Below are positions 1 to 13,100 of a DNA stretch of 64,000 nucleotides, piece by piece. The stretch lies in assembly GCA_964036045.1 (NCBI GenBank), contig OZ038378.1, forward strand, positions 75,826,001 to 75,890,000. Direction: 5' to 3'. The stretch is from Eutreptiella sp. 'Long Island Sound 2002'. Its lineage: Eukaryota > Protista > Euglenida. The first letter of the stretch is position 1, and each line of letters begins with the position of its first letter. The notes under the pieces were generated by a model, which searched no databases, was not told the origin of the DNA, and saw only the letters and a list, made by a program, of their open reading frames with translations. The position numbers and the translations under genes are program-made.

Positions 1-1815
1 CCGCTCTGTGCGCAGGGCACAATACGACCACGGTGCCCAAACCGCGTCCGAGTGCCCGGAGGGGCCCCAGCAGGGCGCGCCAGCGGTCGTGCCTGCGGGG
101 GCAGGCAGCGCGGCCGCTGCTGGCGCGCCGGCTGGAAGGGGCGAGGCGGCGCCCGAGCACCCAGGAGGCGAGGCAGGTAGTCGTTCAGGAAGGCCTCTTG
201 GCGCCCCCTACCCAACTTAGTCAGCCGCCGCGCCCATAGGGCCCTGCAGTGCACCTCAAGGCGACGCATGTGCTCCAGCATGGCTCGGCAGCACGCAAAC
301 ACGGGCTTCCCATGCCCCCGTAGCCTCCAAGCGGGACAAGTGCATTGCAAAGTGGGCGCAGCTGGCCCCCAAGGAGCTCACTAGCACGCAGAAACTGTTG
401 CGTTCTGTCGAGTGTGAGCCTGAGCACGTGCGCACATTCACGAAGAGGCAGGACACGCCCCCCAACTTGTGCCCTGGGGCTGCTGGGAGAGCCCGGCCCG
501 TATGCTCTTTGAAATCCAGGGCCAATTCCACGTACCTGACTTGGTCCTGCCCAGGGAGGCACAACAGGGCCCCTGCCCACCGCAGCAAGGCATGCAGAAA
601 CCTCGCCTCCCACGGCCAATGCGCCGGCACGCCCTCAGGCGCATCCAACGGGGGTCGGGCCTGGAGCACGGGCAGTGGGCCCGCCCCAAGTTCGTGCCAC
701 GGATAGGCAGCACGTGCGTCTGGCGCCCAGACCCGCGCCCCGCCTAAGACGGTCGAACGGTGGTCCCCCTTCTGCCCGGCAGCGTCGAGTGCCGTTTTGC
801 TCGCCGCGAGCACGGCAAGGAACATTCCGTACAGGTGGTACAGGAGGTTCTTTGCCAGTTGCAGCGCATCATTGTCGGGCACTAGGGCCAGCGGGAGCAG
901 CCCTGCTGAGCGCAGACAGTGGGGAGAGGGCACGCCGCCGCCCCCACTAGCGGGCGCCATGCCACCTGTGCTGGCTCCCAGCAGGGGCAGGCCCACAGCA
1001 TGTGCTCGTCCGTTTGGGCGGGTGCCCCACAGTGAGGACATCACGGGTCCGTGCGGATGCGGTGCAGTCCACGTGGCCCCAGCTAGTTGCGAGCGCAGCA
1101 GCACCAGCTCCAGCTGGCTACACGCTACGGTGAGTGCGAGACACACGTGTCGCGCTGCACGGCACCCCCGAGGCTCCGTACGTCAGCGGGCGGCGGCGCT
1201 CGGAGGCCTTCAGCGCGGAGAACCGCTGGCTCTCCCGTACGCGATCGCAGACCTCGCCCCAATCATCCAGGGCCAAGTTGAACGGTGCTGCTTGCCCCGC
1301 TAGCCGCCACTTCCACCAGCCCTCAAGGGCAACCCAGCCGAGCCTCCGGCTGTCTTGCAGCGCACGCCCCACTGGTCCCGTCAATGGCGACTTAGGGCGC
1401 GCCTCCAGCACTGTCTGCACCAGCACCTGCACCGTGCCGCTGGTAGCGGATGCTTGCGCCAGCCACAACAGCCGTTGGTACTGCGCCCGCCCTGAGGGCG
1501 CCAGGCGGTGTCCAGGCATGAGCACCGACCACAGAACCTCGCGGTTCCGAGAAACTCGCGTAGGGCCCCACAGCGCAATTGCTGCAAGGGAGTCCAGCGC
1601 CCGCATGTCCGCCTCCCCGACTTCAGCGGACTCTGAACCCCATAGAGCGTTGGCAAGGGCGAGGGTGCCCAGCGCTGTAGCCCGCTGGCGAAGCACCGGG
1701 ATGCACCCGATGCGGCGAAGGATGGCCTTGGCGCGATCCATCCAAGTCTGGAGGGGGGGCCTCGTGCCGCGCCGGGCTTCGACACGGATACCCACGCCCA
1801 GCTGGCAAAACTCAT
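1..1815 (-). pseudogene. 5'-truncated non-LTR retrotransposon (LINE family A): RT thumb and C-terminal region, frameshifted
   Basis: Minus ORFs 1118-2260 and 256-1146 give thumb-like text (FCQLGVGIRV...RATALGTLALANALWGSE...HRLAP) and a C-terminal block (RFLHALLRWAGAL...VELALDFKEHTGRALP). The C-terminal block is duplicated at 2745-3357. Confidence 0.6.
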
Positions 1816-1870
1816 GCTTGTTGCTGATCTTCCAGGCCCCTGAGCCACGCCGGGGCGTCCGCTGCCGTGG

Positions 1871-1980
1871 CCCTGCAGCATTCTGCTGCCCCAGACCCCA
1901 CCTTGCAGCATCCTGGTGACCCAGACCTTGCCCTGCAGCATCCTGCTGCCCCAGACCCTGTCCTGCAGCATCCTGCTGCC
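1871..1980. repeat. 30-bp minisatellite, about 3.7 copies (encodes QQDAAGQGLG-like units on the minus strand)
   Basis: Unit ccctgcagcatcctgctgccccagaccctg recurs at 1871, 1901, 1931 and 1961. Confidence 0.9.
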
Positions 1981-2744
1981 TCTGATAAGTGGGGGGTGGG
2001 GAGGCACCTTGACCCTGCCCATCCCGAAGCCATCCTGCAGCTCCTTGCTGCTCACAATCCGGGTGTTGGGCTGGGCCGCCCTGAGCCCTATTTGCCTGTG
2101 CCGCATCAATGGGCGCGGCCGGGATGAACCAAAAATGTCTGCAAGGCTTGCACGCCCCTGTCCCTGCCCCCCGCCCCCGCCGCGGGACGTGCCCAAGGCT
2201 GGAGGGGGGGGGGGGCAATGAAGTTGTGGCTGACAACGCAGCCAGCGGGGTTGCCCGCAACCAACGCCCCCCGTGAGATATGAGGCCAGAGCCATTGAGG
2301 CTGGTCGCCCTTGGCTGGGACTGTGGCTGTCTCTGACCCCACCCCCGCCGCCCGCCCCCCCCCCCCCCCCAGTACCCCCATGAGTGGTGGGCGTTGAAGT
2401 CCTGGGAAGAGTGGGAGAGAGATGACCCAGCCCCAGGAGGGGGCCTCCGTCGTGGTGGCTCGTCATCGGAGGAGGAGCCGACACGTGGCAGCCGCTACCT
2501 CCGCCCCAGCGCTGCCGGCAGCAGCTAGCGCTGCGGCGCCTGCGGCGGCTCATCCTCTGCCGAGCCCCGCGGCGACTCCCGCCCCCGGGAGCCCAGCACG
2601 GTGCCTGGGGAGGCGCAGGCTGGTGCACCGCTGGGGTGCTTGAAGCTACGCACGCAGTGCCCTGGCCCCTGCACGGTGCGCTGCCGGCACCGGCCGGTGT
2701 CCCTCGTGGCCTAAGGAGCAGCAGTATTTATTGCCTTAACCGGT

Positions 2745-3357
2745 TGCCGCGCACGCCACGCACGTCGCCGCCCCATGCGCAGGGCACAATACGGGCACGG
2801 TGCCAAAACTGCGTCCGAGCGCCCGAGGGGCCCCAGCAGGGCGCGCCGGCAGTGGTGGATGCGCAGGCGGGCAGCGCGGCCGCTGCTGGCGCGCCCGCTG
2901 GAAGGGGCGCAGCGGCGCCCGACCACCCAGGGGGCGAGGCAGGTAGTCGTTCAGGTGGGCCTAATGGCGCCCCCTGCCCAGCCCAGTCAGCCGCCGCGCC
3001 CATAGCACCGTGCAGTGCGCCTCAAGACGGCACATATGCTCCAGCATGGCTTGGCGGCACGCGAACATGGGCCTCCCATGCACCTGTAGCCTCCGAGCTG
3101 GACAAGTGCATTGCAACGTAGGCGCAGCTGGCCTCCAAGAAGCTCATTAGCACGCAGGAACTGTTGCGTTCTGTTGAGTGCGAGCTTGAGCACGTGCGCA
3201 CGTTCACGAAGTCCAAGACACGCCCCCCAACTCGTACCCCCGGGCTGCTGGGAGAGCCCGGCCCGCATGCTCTTTGAAATCCAGGTAGGTGACAGGGCGC
3301 TGGCCAAGGAGCCACAACAGGGCCCCTGCCCACCGCAGCAAGGCATGCAGAAACGCA
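2745..3357 (-). mobile_element. Second partial copy of the LINE family A C-terminal region
   Basis: Colinear with positions ~1-600 (gcgcagggcacaatacg..., ggccccctgcccaccgcagcaaggcatgcagaaa). Confidence 0.8.
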
Positions 3358-3509
3358 TGCATACGACATTTATTGTACAGTCCGCTCTTACTCTGTTCAT
3401 CACTTCTGTGCTGGCACTGCGCTTGCGCTGTGCGCGATCGCACTTGTGTTTGGGGCCTGCGCTATTATTACTATGGCTTCGTGCACCTCTCTATGCCAAA
3501 CTTTTTGCA
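3358..3509. repeat. ~155-bp direct repeat, copy 1 (TGCA...TGCA ends)
   Basis: Near-identical to 6072-6226 (catacgacatt...ctcttactctgttcatcacttctgtgctggcactgcgc...ctatgccaaac). Confidence 0.9.
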
Positions 3510-4958
3510 CTCCCCTCCGAAGCCACAACTATCACCACCCAGTGAAAAATGGGTGGTGTTGTTGTGTGCTGGAAAAAAAGATATATAGGTTTTGCATGGA
3601 CCTCACCTGCACATAGACACTCAGATTATTCTCCCCATCTGGGGGGTCACCACCCGGTTGGTCTTCTGGGTGTGGGTACCCCTCTCTATACTTCTACTCT
3701 AAGACATGGTATTTACTACATACCCCGCAGCAATTTCACTGTTGCTTTGTCAACCAAATTCACACAAAAAAACACTCACCCGACCCGGCAACCCTGCAGA
3801 CAAAACTCAGGATATCCTGCACCAATTTCTGGACATCCGTTCATAGTTCTGCTGACAGCCCACCATACCATGTACAGCCTTGGCTTGGATTGCTGGCCTT
3901 GTGGTTCCAGGTATATACACCCAGGCCATGCCTGTATGCCATGTCCTCTCCTCGAACTCGGACAGATGGATGTTGAAACAATGCAAAGATTATATAGGAG
4001 GTTTCTGTGGCCGTTGAAAAAAAAAATAATACAATGTGAACGCCAGAAGAGCGTGCAGTGCTCAGTGGCGCGGCTGCAGAAGAAAAGTGTGGCTTCAAAG
4101 ATTAAAAATTATAACGCTGTAGGTCATGAATGCTTTACCAAGACCAAAGCAGGCAGACATGGGAGTGTGTGCTGACGTTGTTGTAGGCAGCCCCAGGTAG
4201 GCGGACCCGTTGTCGAGTGCATTCATTGGCGTAGTTGAACCCCCACAGAGACCAAGAGTCCTCTCGTTGTAGTCCCACGTTTGTTGCTCGCTGGAGTGTG
4301 CACAATACAGGTAGGTGTCGGTCATAAGCTTCCCAGGCATCCAGTCCCACGGGATGTTTGTCTGCTGGTCCGTCTCACACGTGTGGCGGTCATGGCCATG
4401 GTCACTGGTACTGGTGGATCCCTGGGGTAAATTCTTTTCCCACTTCAGTCCGCGACTTGCCGCTTTGCGATGTTGCCTGCCATGGCCCGGCTCCCCTGAT
4501 GGGAGCTGTCTCGGTGCGCAGCCATCCATGGGCCGTCGTTGCACCTTAGGCACACTTCAGCGCGGCTCAAAAAGCAGGGCCCTCTGCAGGCATACCTAGC
4601 TCCAGCCCCAGGGGTGACTCTGTCTCCTCTCCTCACCCATTTAGGCATTCCTCTGCCCCAGCTATCCGGCGTCGTCAGACGTGGCGAGGGCCTTGGCGTA
4701 AAGAAAGGGGGGCTGGCCTCCCTGTGCGTGTATGCGTGTGGGTCGGCACCCAATCAAAATCCATAGTCTGGTCCTGGCTCTCGCTTACAACATGACCATT
4801 CCGCGTCCCACGGCAGACATGGGGTTCACGCCCCAATCACAATCCGTGGTCTGAAGGCGGTCGTACCTCTGCAATGTGATGATCAAGTCGAAATAAACTT
4901 TTTTTGTAACGCGTGGAAGTCGGTGTGGCTGATGCTGCACCATGAACTGGTCATCAGG

Positions 4959-5950
4959 TCAGCCCTGTGGAGGCTGTTGTTCTCGTCCTAGCCCCTTGGA
5001 GTGATGATGGCGTCGGCGCACTGTGTGGACCGCGTGGAATTGTGGCAGGTCCTTGGTGTTGGCACTCTCGCCTGGCGCTCCTTGGACTGGTGTACTTCCG
5101 TGCGGCGTGTCTTGAGCTCGCGTACGCTCGTCCGGCGCTTCCTGGACTTGTGTACTCTCGTGCTGTATGTCTGGAGCACCTGTACTCTCGTTCGACGCTT
5201 CTTGTTCATCCTCCTCCTCCTCATCGAACCCATAGAATCCCACCGACCTCTTGGATTGCCGTCGTTGATGCAGTGTGGTTTCCGCTTGTGCTTGCTCCAT
5301 CTGGCGTTGAATCTCTTTCGCCGCCACGTGGTTGATGGCGGTGAACCAGTAGCGCGCCGTGCTTGCTTGTGAATCAAGTCTTTGAGCGACCTCTTCAACG
5401 GCGGCTGTTTGGGCGTTGTCGTCTGTTGCACCAGTATGTTCTTCGGGACCAAACAACCCAGGACTCCTCCGTGGATCATGGCCAAAGCACCATGGCACTC
5501 TTCATGACGGGCACAGTCATATTGGCAGCACTGGGCCTGTGCACCTTTGTCAGCGCAAAACCCTTCAAACTTCTGCACCTGTCGCTCGCGGCGCTCTGAG
5601 GCAACATGTGGCGTTGGACCGTGATCACATACCTGCATGTTACGCAAACGTCCGACCGCCGCGCTTATGCGTCGTTCTCCAACCTCTTCAGCTATTGCTT
5701 GCCGTAGTCGCTGCAGGCTGGACGGTATCTCCTTCAGCGGTGACCTCTTCCTGGTCGCTGGCTTGTCCTCTTTACTCTGCTGGGCGTTGTCCTCTTTGTC
5801 ACTCCTCATAGCAGAATCCTCGGCAGCCCAGTAACAACAAGATTATAATTCCAACAGACCTCGCGTCTTTTCTTTTTGCTCCTCAATCCTGCAAACAGAG
5901 TTTTTTATTCCCAGCGGCATTTTGTTCTTCAAAATAAATTGAAAATCCTT
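4959..5950 (-). pseudogene. Possible LINE ORF1-like relic (coiled-coil, acidic C-terminus)
   Basis: Joining frames across a 1-nt shift near 5825 gives RIEEQKEKTR...NLVVTGLP(E)DS, resembling the L1 ORF1p NNLRIxGLPE motif. It continues into ORFs 4988-5809 and 4959-5498. Confidence 0.35.
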
Positions 5951-6071
5951 CAATCCCACTCTCCCACGAGCACTTGGATAATCTTGTCCGTCAGAATCAA
6001 TTGAACATCTTGTTGTTACTGCAAGTAATAACAACACAGTAATGCATTGTATTCAGAATAATGAAACAGAT

Positions 6072-6226
6072 TGCAACATACGACATTCATTGTACAGTCC
6101 CCTCTTACTCTGTTCATCACTTCTGTGCTGGCACTGCGCTTGCGCTGTGCGCCATCGCACTTCTGTCGGGGGCCTGCGCTATTATTACTATGGCTTCGTG
6201 TACCTCTCTATGCCAAACCTATTGCA
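6072..6226. repeat. ~155-bp direct repeat, copy 2
   Basis: Matches 3358-3509. Confidence 0.9.
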
Positions 6227-6239
6227 TCCACCTGCTGCA

Positions 6240-7010
6240 GTTGGAGCTCCGGGTCCGACAAAGCAAGCAATGCATCTTTGGCTCCCCACGTCCAGTAGGC
6301 CCACACTGCGTCCGGATCGGCGGACTCCAGTACTGCCTACCAGTCAGCAGCGAGGGGTGAGAGGATGCAGTCCTCCGGGTTCCTCCGCTGCTCCTCCGGC
6401 CTGTCCGGGATCGATACAACGGGGGGGCGGACTGCCCGCCACACACGCTGAGTGGAGGGCAATAGGCACAGGGAGAACAGCACCGGTCGGTGCCTTGGAA
6501 TGCCTGAGCCACGTACTGTCGAGACATCCTCCAGTGCGGTGGCGAGGCGTGGGTCAGCGAGTATCCCGTCAATGCGAGTACCTGCACTCGCCCCCGTCGG
6601 GGAAAAACGGCACATACAGTCCCCTTTTGACCTGTTGAATTCCAAGTCCAAGTCCACAAGCCGGTGTGTCAGCAGTGCCGCCAGCAGAGGCTCTGGCGCC
6701 GCCCCCAGGTCGCCGAGCGGAAAATTGAAATCTGCCCCAACGACCAAGGGAGCACTCCCCAGGCGCGCCAAGTGGTCCATAGCTCCCTATTGAGCGTGTC
6801 ATCTCCCTACAGCCCGTAAACGCAAACGAGGTGCAGTGCCGAGGAGCCGTCGCCCAACGCCAGCCGCACGTGCACCCAACGTGCAGAATGCCACAAGTCC
6901 CAGACAAGCTGGTCACATTCCCCTTGCCTCGGGAGCCGCGGAGCCTCTGCCGTGAGTGCTGCGCGGGCAAAAGATGGCCAGCCCCCCAGGCAAGGCATCT
7001 GGCATCCCGA
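6240..7010 (-). pseudogene. LINE apurinic-like endonuclease (APE/EEP) domain relic
   Basis: ORFs 6807-7049 and 6337-6780 contain LHLVCVYG, VVGADFN, TRIDGILA and GIPRHRPV, matching the GDFN, RID and SDH motifs. Confidence 0.8.
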
Positions 7011-7312
7011 ACCCCCGGGACTCAAAGGGGCACCCCCGAAAAGATTCAACCCACGCTCCCAGAGCAGCGACCGCAGAGCTGGTTGTCCTGACGGGGATGC
7101 ATATCATTGTTCTGATGAAACTGAAAACATTCACACCCAAGATTTGTGCAGTCTGGTGGATCTACCATTGCACAGCGCAGGAAGGGCCAGCAAACGTGGA
7201 TGCACACCGCTGTAGACGTGATCTGAAGATTTTGTAAGCAGAAAGCGACGTCGCGCGAACAAGAAGGGTATACCTCTCCCTTCTTTGCAATCTGCAAATG
7301 GAGATTTTGTGA

Positions 7313-7338
7313 GTAAGTAAGTAAGTAAGTAAGTAAGT
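7313..7338. repeat. (GTAA)6 microsatellite
   Basis: Direct reading of the sequence. It lies just downstream of the minus-strand LINE B segment and may be its tail. Confidence 0.9.
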
Positions 7339-7339
7339 T

Positions 7340-8800
7340 TCTAACTGTGCGCTTGTATTGTCGCAAATGCGGACCTCAGGATGTGCCTGTGATAGGGTCA
7401 GTGAGAAAAGGACAAAAAACGAGAGTTGGACATGACAGCAGTGAAGGTGAAGATGATGCAGACCACCATATCTGGCAAATCTGCTGGGTAGCGTCGTCAA
7501 TGTCAGTTGCAAAAATGATGTTGTCGTTTTGCACGGTAACACGTACCAAGGAACATGGCAGTGTTAGAACGCAAACAACCAGATTTGGAACTTCTGTGCA
7601 CCTGCTTTCCATTCCTTTGTATTTGTGTTGCGCTTTGGCCCTACAAACCGAAGCCCCTGTGCAGTCCAATATTGCCCAGTGCCCTTGTTTGCCCCCATTT
7701 CTGGTAGAAATCAGTAGCGCACCGTGCAGCGGCAACAGCACTCAACGTGGATTGGCCCATATAGGAGATTATCCACTCCGGGGTGGTGCACTAGGGCTGG
7801 TCAAAGAGATGGCCCATGCTGTGGGGCCACATTTTTGAGCCAACATGCAGGCCGGTTTCTGTCGCCCAGAAATGTCCCCAATAAAATTTGATAATGACGC
7901 ATGTATGTCCTTTGCACATTATTCTTTCGGTATGTCCTGCACATATTGTGAAAGGTACTGTTCTCATTAAGCATTTGGACAGACAAAGTAGCAGAATGGA
8001 ATCCTTCAGGGAAATGTAAGGACCATAAAGGCCTTGGTACTAAGTGATAGAGGTGGAGGAACACTCGCGCACCTTTATTTTCTTCCATTGCGTAGTGCGT
8101 TGGATTGTGCGGTGGTGACACATGTCTTTCTGAAAATTTGCCTCCTCCAAGGATATGAAAGCATGGATCAGCAGGCATTTTGTCAAATGTCTGAATAGGG
8201 CTCGTTTGCAAGGCTGGGGCGCAAAGTAGTTCCTTAATAGGATGAGGCCCACGTCCTCTGGTGCCGCCTCAGCTGATTGACATCCCTTGGTACTTTGTGT
8301 GGTTTCTGACCTGCTGCAGGGAGGTAGAAAGGTGCAATCGGATCCTGGAGAGGCGCCCCATGGTTCCCGCTGGCGTTGCTGCTGTGACAAACAGAAAGAG
8401 GCTCCGCGCTTTAAGAGGAGAGGTGGCTTACATCCCGCTAGACCTGACTGGGTGTCCCCAACTAAGCGGCCCTGGGCAACACCGGGAGGGCTGATCGCCG
8501 CCAGCGTGACGTACTTGTCTCCACGGGAGGGTGTGCCCCCGTGCTTGCGCATGTCCTCTCCTTTGGGCGGAACCCTCGGTGTTCACCGGACTTCCTGGCG
8601 TATTCCTTTCCCGAGGCATGCATGCATGTTCTTGATACTGGGGTTTCGAGGTGCCTGGGTGTCGCACGCTCCGCCTCGGATCCCAAATCAGCGCAGGCCT
8701 TAGGATGCACCCTTACCCCCAGTCTCTGGATCTCGTTTGGCCGGGTCACCCGCATGGCATGGGCTTCCTCAGTGCCCGGGCTATGGACACTGGGTTTCCT
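7340..8800 (-). pseudogene. Decayed LINE family B RT core and thumb (array copy 1)
   Basis: Minus strand gives GKGIRQ(G)SP near 8600, a degenerate xxDD region near 8510 (DKYVTLAA) and QVRNHTKYQGMSI (KYLG-like) near 8300. Confidence 0.6.
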
Positions 8801-9835
8801 ATTTTTGTGTGGTGTTTGTGTGTGGGTCTGGGTTCCGCGGTGACTCTGCCATTCCTGGTTGGGTTCTGGGGTGCGTGTGTTTGGGCCCGGATTTTACTTT
8901 CCCCCGCCATTTCTGGCCGGGGTTCGTGGTGCGCGTGTTTGGGGTAGGGTTCCGCGGTAACCCCCGCACTCTTGGCTGGGGTCTAGGGCGTGTGTGCATG
9001 GATACGGGTTTTGGCTGCGCTCCGCCATTTCTGACTGGGGTTCGTGGTGTCCGTGTGTGGGTTTGGGCCACTAATGCACCCTTCTTTTCTGGTTGGGGTT
9101 TTGGAGCGTGTGCTCTCTTGCGCGCGCCCAATTTCCGGCCACCCCTTGGCGGGGCTGCCTGTGGCGTGGGGTTGTGCAGCGGTCGCCGTGGGCGGGGTTT
9201 CCCCCCCCCGCTTTTTTTTTTCTCGCTGCGGGGGGGGTGTGGTTCTCATTCGTGTCTTGGCTCTGTGGTGTTAGCCGCCGCGTGTCCCAGTTTGGGCCCA
9301 TTTTGTTTGGGTTGCGTCTGTTTTTTGGTTTTTGTTTTTTTGCCGGTGGCCCGCCACTTCTCTGGTGGGGTGTGCGCCGGCGTTTCCGGGGTGTCCTTTC
9401 CTCGGACCTTCAGCGGTTGTGTGGTCGTGGTGGGCCACTGCCTTTGGCTGGGTGTCGCCGGGTCGGGCAGCATGGTCCTCCGGTGTTCTTACGGGGGGGC
9501 CTGTGGGTGTCACCCTTGATGTTGCCTGGCTGGGTGGGTTGCCTGCCTCTTGTGGAGTGGGTGTGCGGCTTTGCGGTTGTGTGACTTTCTCTCGCCCCCC
9601 CCTTTTTCTCTTGTGGGCGCGTGTTCTTGGTTGGGCGGGGGTTCCCCCCGCTCCTTTTTTTTGGGGGGGGGGGGGCTTTACTGTTCCTCCCTCTGCCTTT
9701 CATGGGCTGGTGCACGCACTGGTCGGCATTCGGTGTGGCTAACCGGGATGCTGTTGGTGCTGCTGTTGGCGGCGGGCCGTGCCCCGGCTCAATGGGCCGG
9801 GTTGGTTATTTACACGCTTGGCCTGGCAGCCTGTC

Positions 9836-10146
9836 GAACTAGGATTTTATGAGGTCCAATTATCCCCCAACTCATTGACACACAAGTTGAGGGTCTCAAT
9901 ATGTGTCTCAACTTAACCACAACCTCAGTTTGACAATTTGAGGAGCACCTTGACTATAAGAAACTGGGTTGATGCGCAGTAACGCTGCCATAGACTGTCA
10001 AAATCAATTCAAAACTCAAATTCGAAGTTTTTCACGTGTCATCTTTGCCCAATCAGCATGGTTTGTGTTTCATTTCACGTTAATTCGGGACAGCAACCAA
10101 CCGCCTGCACTGGTTGCGTCGCCGCAGGCACCTGGAGAAATGATAG
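9836..10146. mobile_element. 311-bp AT-rich insertion with 7-bp TSD GCCTGTC
   Basis: GCCTGTC at 9829-9835 and 10147-10153. The insertion is absent from the homologous site near 18685. Confidence 0.7.
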
Positions 10147-13100
10147 GCCTGTCCGGTTAGGTTCAGGCTTTGCTGGCTGGGCAGTGGCGCCAGCGGGTTT
10201 TGTGAGGTCATGGAATAATGGCTGATGGGGTTGTCCGCGTCCCCCCGCCTTTGCGGTGCAGGTTGTAATTTTCTGGTGGCCCTTTGTGCGGGCGGGCCGC
10301 CGCTGTCAGAAGGGGTGCTGTACTGAAGGGCGTGCGGTGGCCTCTAGCCCATGCTTGGCCGCCTCGTGTGGCGATGTCCCACGGTTCCGGGTGTGCTTCC
10401 CTCCTTTCCGGGGTGCCAGGCAGTTTGCTCAGGTTAGACCCAAGATTATGGTCACTTGCTCTGGTGCTGTCGCGTGCTTTGGTGCGCCGTGCTGTGATTT
10501 GCTGTGCTGTGCCGTGCTGTGCGGTGGTCGTCTGTGCTGTGTTGTGGTGCGCTCTGTTTCGTTGTGACGTGCCTCGCTGTGTGTTGCTGTGGTGTGTCCT
10601 TCCCTGGCGTGACGGCTTTGCTGTGCTGTGCCGTGCCGCGCTGTGCTGTGCTGTGCTGTGTCCTGCCCTGGGCCGTCTTGTTCTGGTGCGCTGCACGGCG
10701 GTGCGCTGCGGTGCAGTATGCCGTGTTGCCTCGTGTTGTGCCGTGCTTCGCTGTGCCATGGTGTGTGGTCGGCCCTTTCCAGTGCCGTTCTGGCGTGGGG
10801 TTGGGTCGGTGTTGGTGTGGGACGCGGGCAGAGGTTATGTGGCTGGCTGGTGGCCGGGGGGCGCGGTTTTATGTGGTGTGGCTCGTTGGGCCTGCGTTGC
10901 GGGGGGCCGGGCGGGTCTTTCAGCCCGCTGGGTCAGGTTGGTGTCTGCGGGGTTGTCCTTCCTGGGGGCCTGTGTTTTGGTTCTGTGTCCTCTCGGGGTC
11001 CTTGCCCCTAGTGGTGTGCCGGGTTCTGTGGATTGGGGTGTCCTTGCCTCTCCTTGTGCATTGGGTCCCTTCTGGTCCTGTCCCTCTGCCTTCTTGCCGT
11101 CCCCCGTCCTGGGTGCCGCAGCCGTCTCCCCTTCCTCCTCTGCTGCCTGTGTTGTTACCTGTGTGGTCGCCCTTGCTGTGGCCGGTGTTTGCCTGGCGGT
11201 TTGGGGTGTGGTGGTGGGGTGCGCGGTGTTCTCGGCGGCTTCCCTGGAGGGTGTAGCCCCTTCTCCTCGTGTGGGTGTACCCTCCTGCCCCTGTGCGGGG
11301 TCCGGAGGCCAGTGGGCGCGATCCGGTGCGGTTCCTGCGGCGTCAGGTTGGTGTTGCGGCAGCGCGGCTTGGCGGACGTGCCCCACTGGGGGTCGTGCGG
11401 TGTCGACTGGGGGCCGGGCGGTGCTGGTTCGTCCGTTGTGGCGTGCCCGTCCTGCGTGTGTGCCCTGGTGCTCGTCGTTGCGCGCTCTCCCCTAGTGCCA
11501 CGGCCCCTGGCCTCTCCTTTTCCTGGCCTGTTGGTGGTTTCCCGCCCCCGTGTTGTGTTGCCCCCGGTGCCCTGTCCATGTCGGCCCGTGCCTGCTACCT
11601 TGGGCCTCTCCTCAACCCCTTGCCGCGGCCTTCCCTTCGATTCCCGGTCTGGTGGTGGGGGGGTGGTGGTGGAGCCTGTGGGGCGCCAATGGCCCATGCC
11701 TGGGGGTGGGTGGTCTGGAGCCACCAGAAGGTCTCCGGGGTGTATGGGGGGGCGGAGGCCCTGGACCAGGTGCTGGAGGAGGTCTTCCCCTGCCGCCTGC
11801 GGCATGGCGGCCTCAGGGGTGGCCTCGTTGGGGTTGGCGGGGGTACGGGTGCAGAGCCCTTCGGAGGTGTGCACCTAGTGCACCCCCTGTCGCCTTCCCG
11901 CTCCCTCAGCCCACCTCGACCAGTGGCCGAGCTCCTGCAGGGCGGGGGCAGACCCCCAGGCGAGGTGGGCGGGGGCTGGGGGTGGAGTATGCGTATGGGC
12001 GGCTGGGGGAACGGGATGCACGGTGCTGTTCGTGGGGGGAGGGGGACGCGGATATGGGACCGCGATGGCGTGCGTGGCAGCGTCCAGGGTAGCTGGAGCG
12101 GCAGTCGGGGGGACGGGGGGTAGAGGATGCGGATGGGCGGCGCGGGGAACGGGAAGCGCGGTGTTGTTCATGGGGGGAGGGGGACGCGGAATTGGGACGG
12201 CTGTGGCGTGCGTGGCGTCGCCCGGGGGAGCGGGAGCGGCAGTGGCAGAGGCTAGGGGTGGGGGACGCCTATTAGGGGCGTGGGGAACGGAAGTGCGGTG
12301 CTGTTCGTGGCGAGAGGGGAACACGGACATGGTACTGCGCTGGCACGTGTGGCGGCGCTCTGTGGAGCAGGGGCGTCGCTGGCGCGGGCTCGGGGTGTGG
12401 GGCGCGTACCGCTGGCTCGGGGAACGAGAAGCGCGGTGCTCTTCTGTGGGGAGGGGAACGTGGACATTGGACAGCGGTGGCGTGTCTGGCGGCGCTTTGG
12501 GGAGCGAAGGGGCGGGAGCGGAGACCTTGGGGGTCATGGCAGGGCCTCAGGGGGTTGGAGCGGCGCAAGTGAGCAGGTGAGGAGCAGTGGCGCTGCCGGG
12601 GGCGTGAGAGCCGAGGGCAGGTGTGCTGCGCGGCAGAAGAAGAGGGAGCGCTGCTGTTTCAGGGATTTGGCCTCAGCGCGTGGCGAGTTTGACCACTCAG
12701 GAGGCATCAGTAGGGCCTGGGGGCCTCGTATCTTGCCGTTTTGTACTGGGGGGGGGGGGAGTCCCCCTCCTCTCATGGATCTGCCGCGTAGGGGTGTGGC
12801 GGCGGTGGCGGTTGGTGGTACGGTTCGAGTGGCTGTCCCGGCTGGGGTAGGGCCCCGGGGGCCCCTTTGGCGTGGACGTGGTGGCCGGGCGGATATGGTT
12901 CTTGGTAGGGGGGGGGGGGCGGTTCCTGGTGGTAGGCGGGGTGGTGGGGTTGAGCCTCTGGTGGATGGTGCTGCCATCCCATGCGCTGGTGGGCTCGTGC
13001 AGGCGGTGTTGTGGCCCGTTGGGGTAGGGTGGTGGGCAGTGGTAGTGGTGGTGGTGGTGATGGTGGTGGTGTTGGTGGTTGGGGCGCATGCGGCGGTGGC

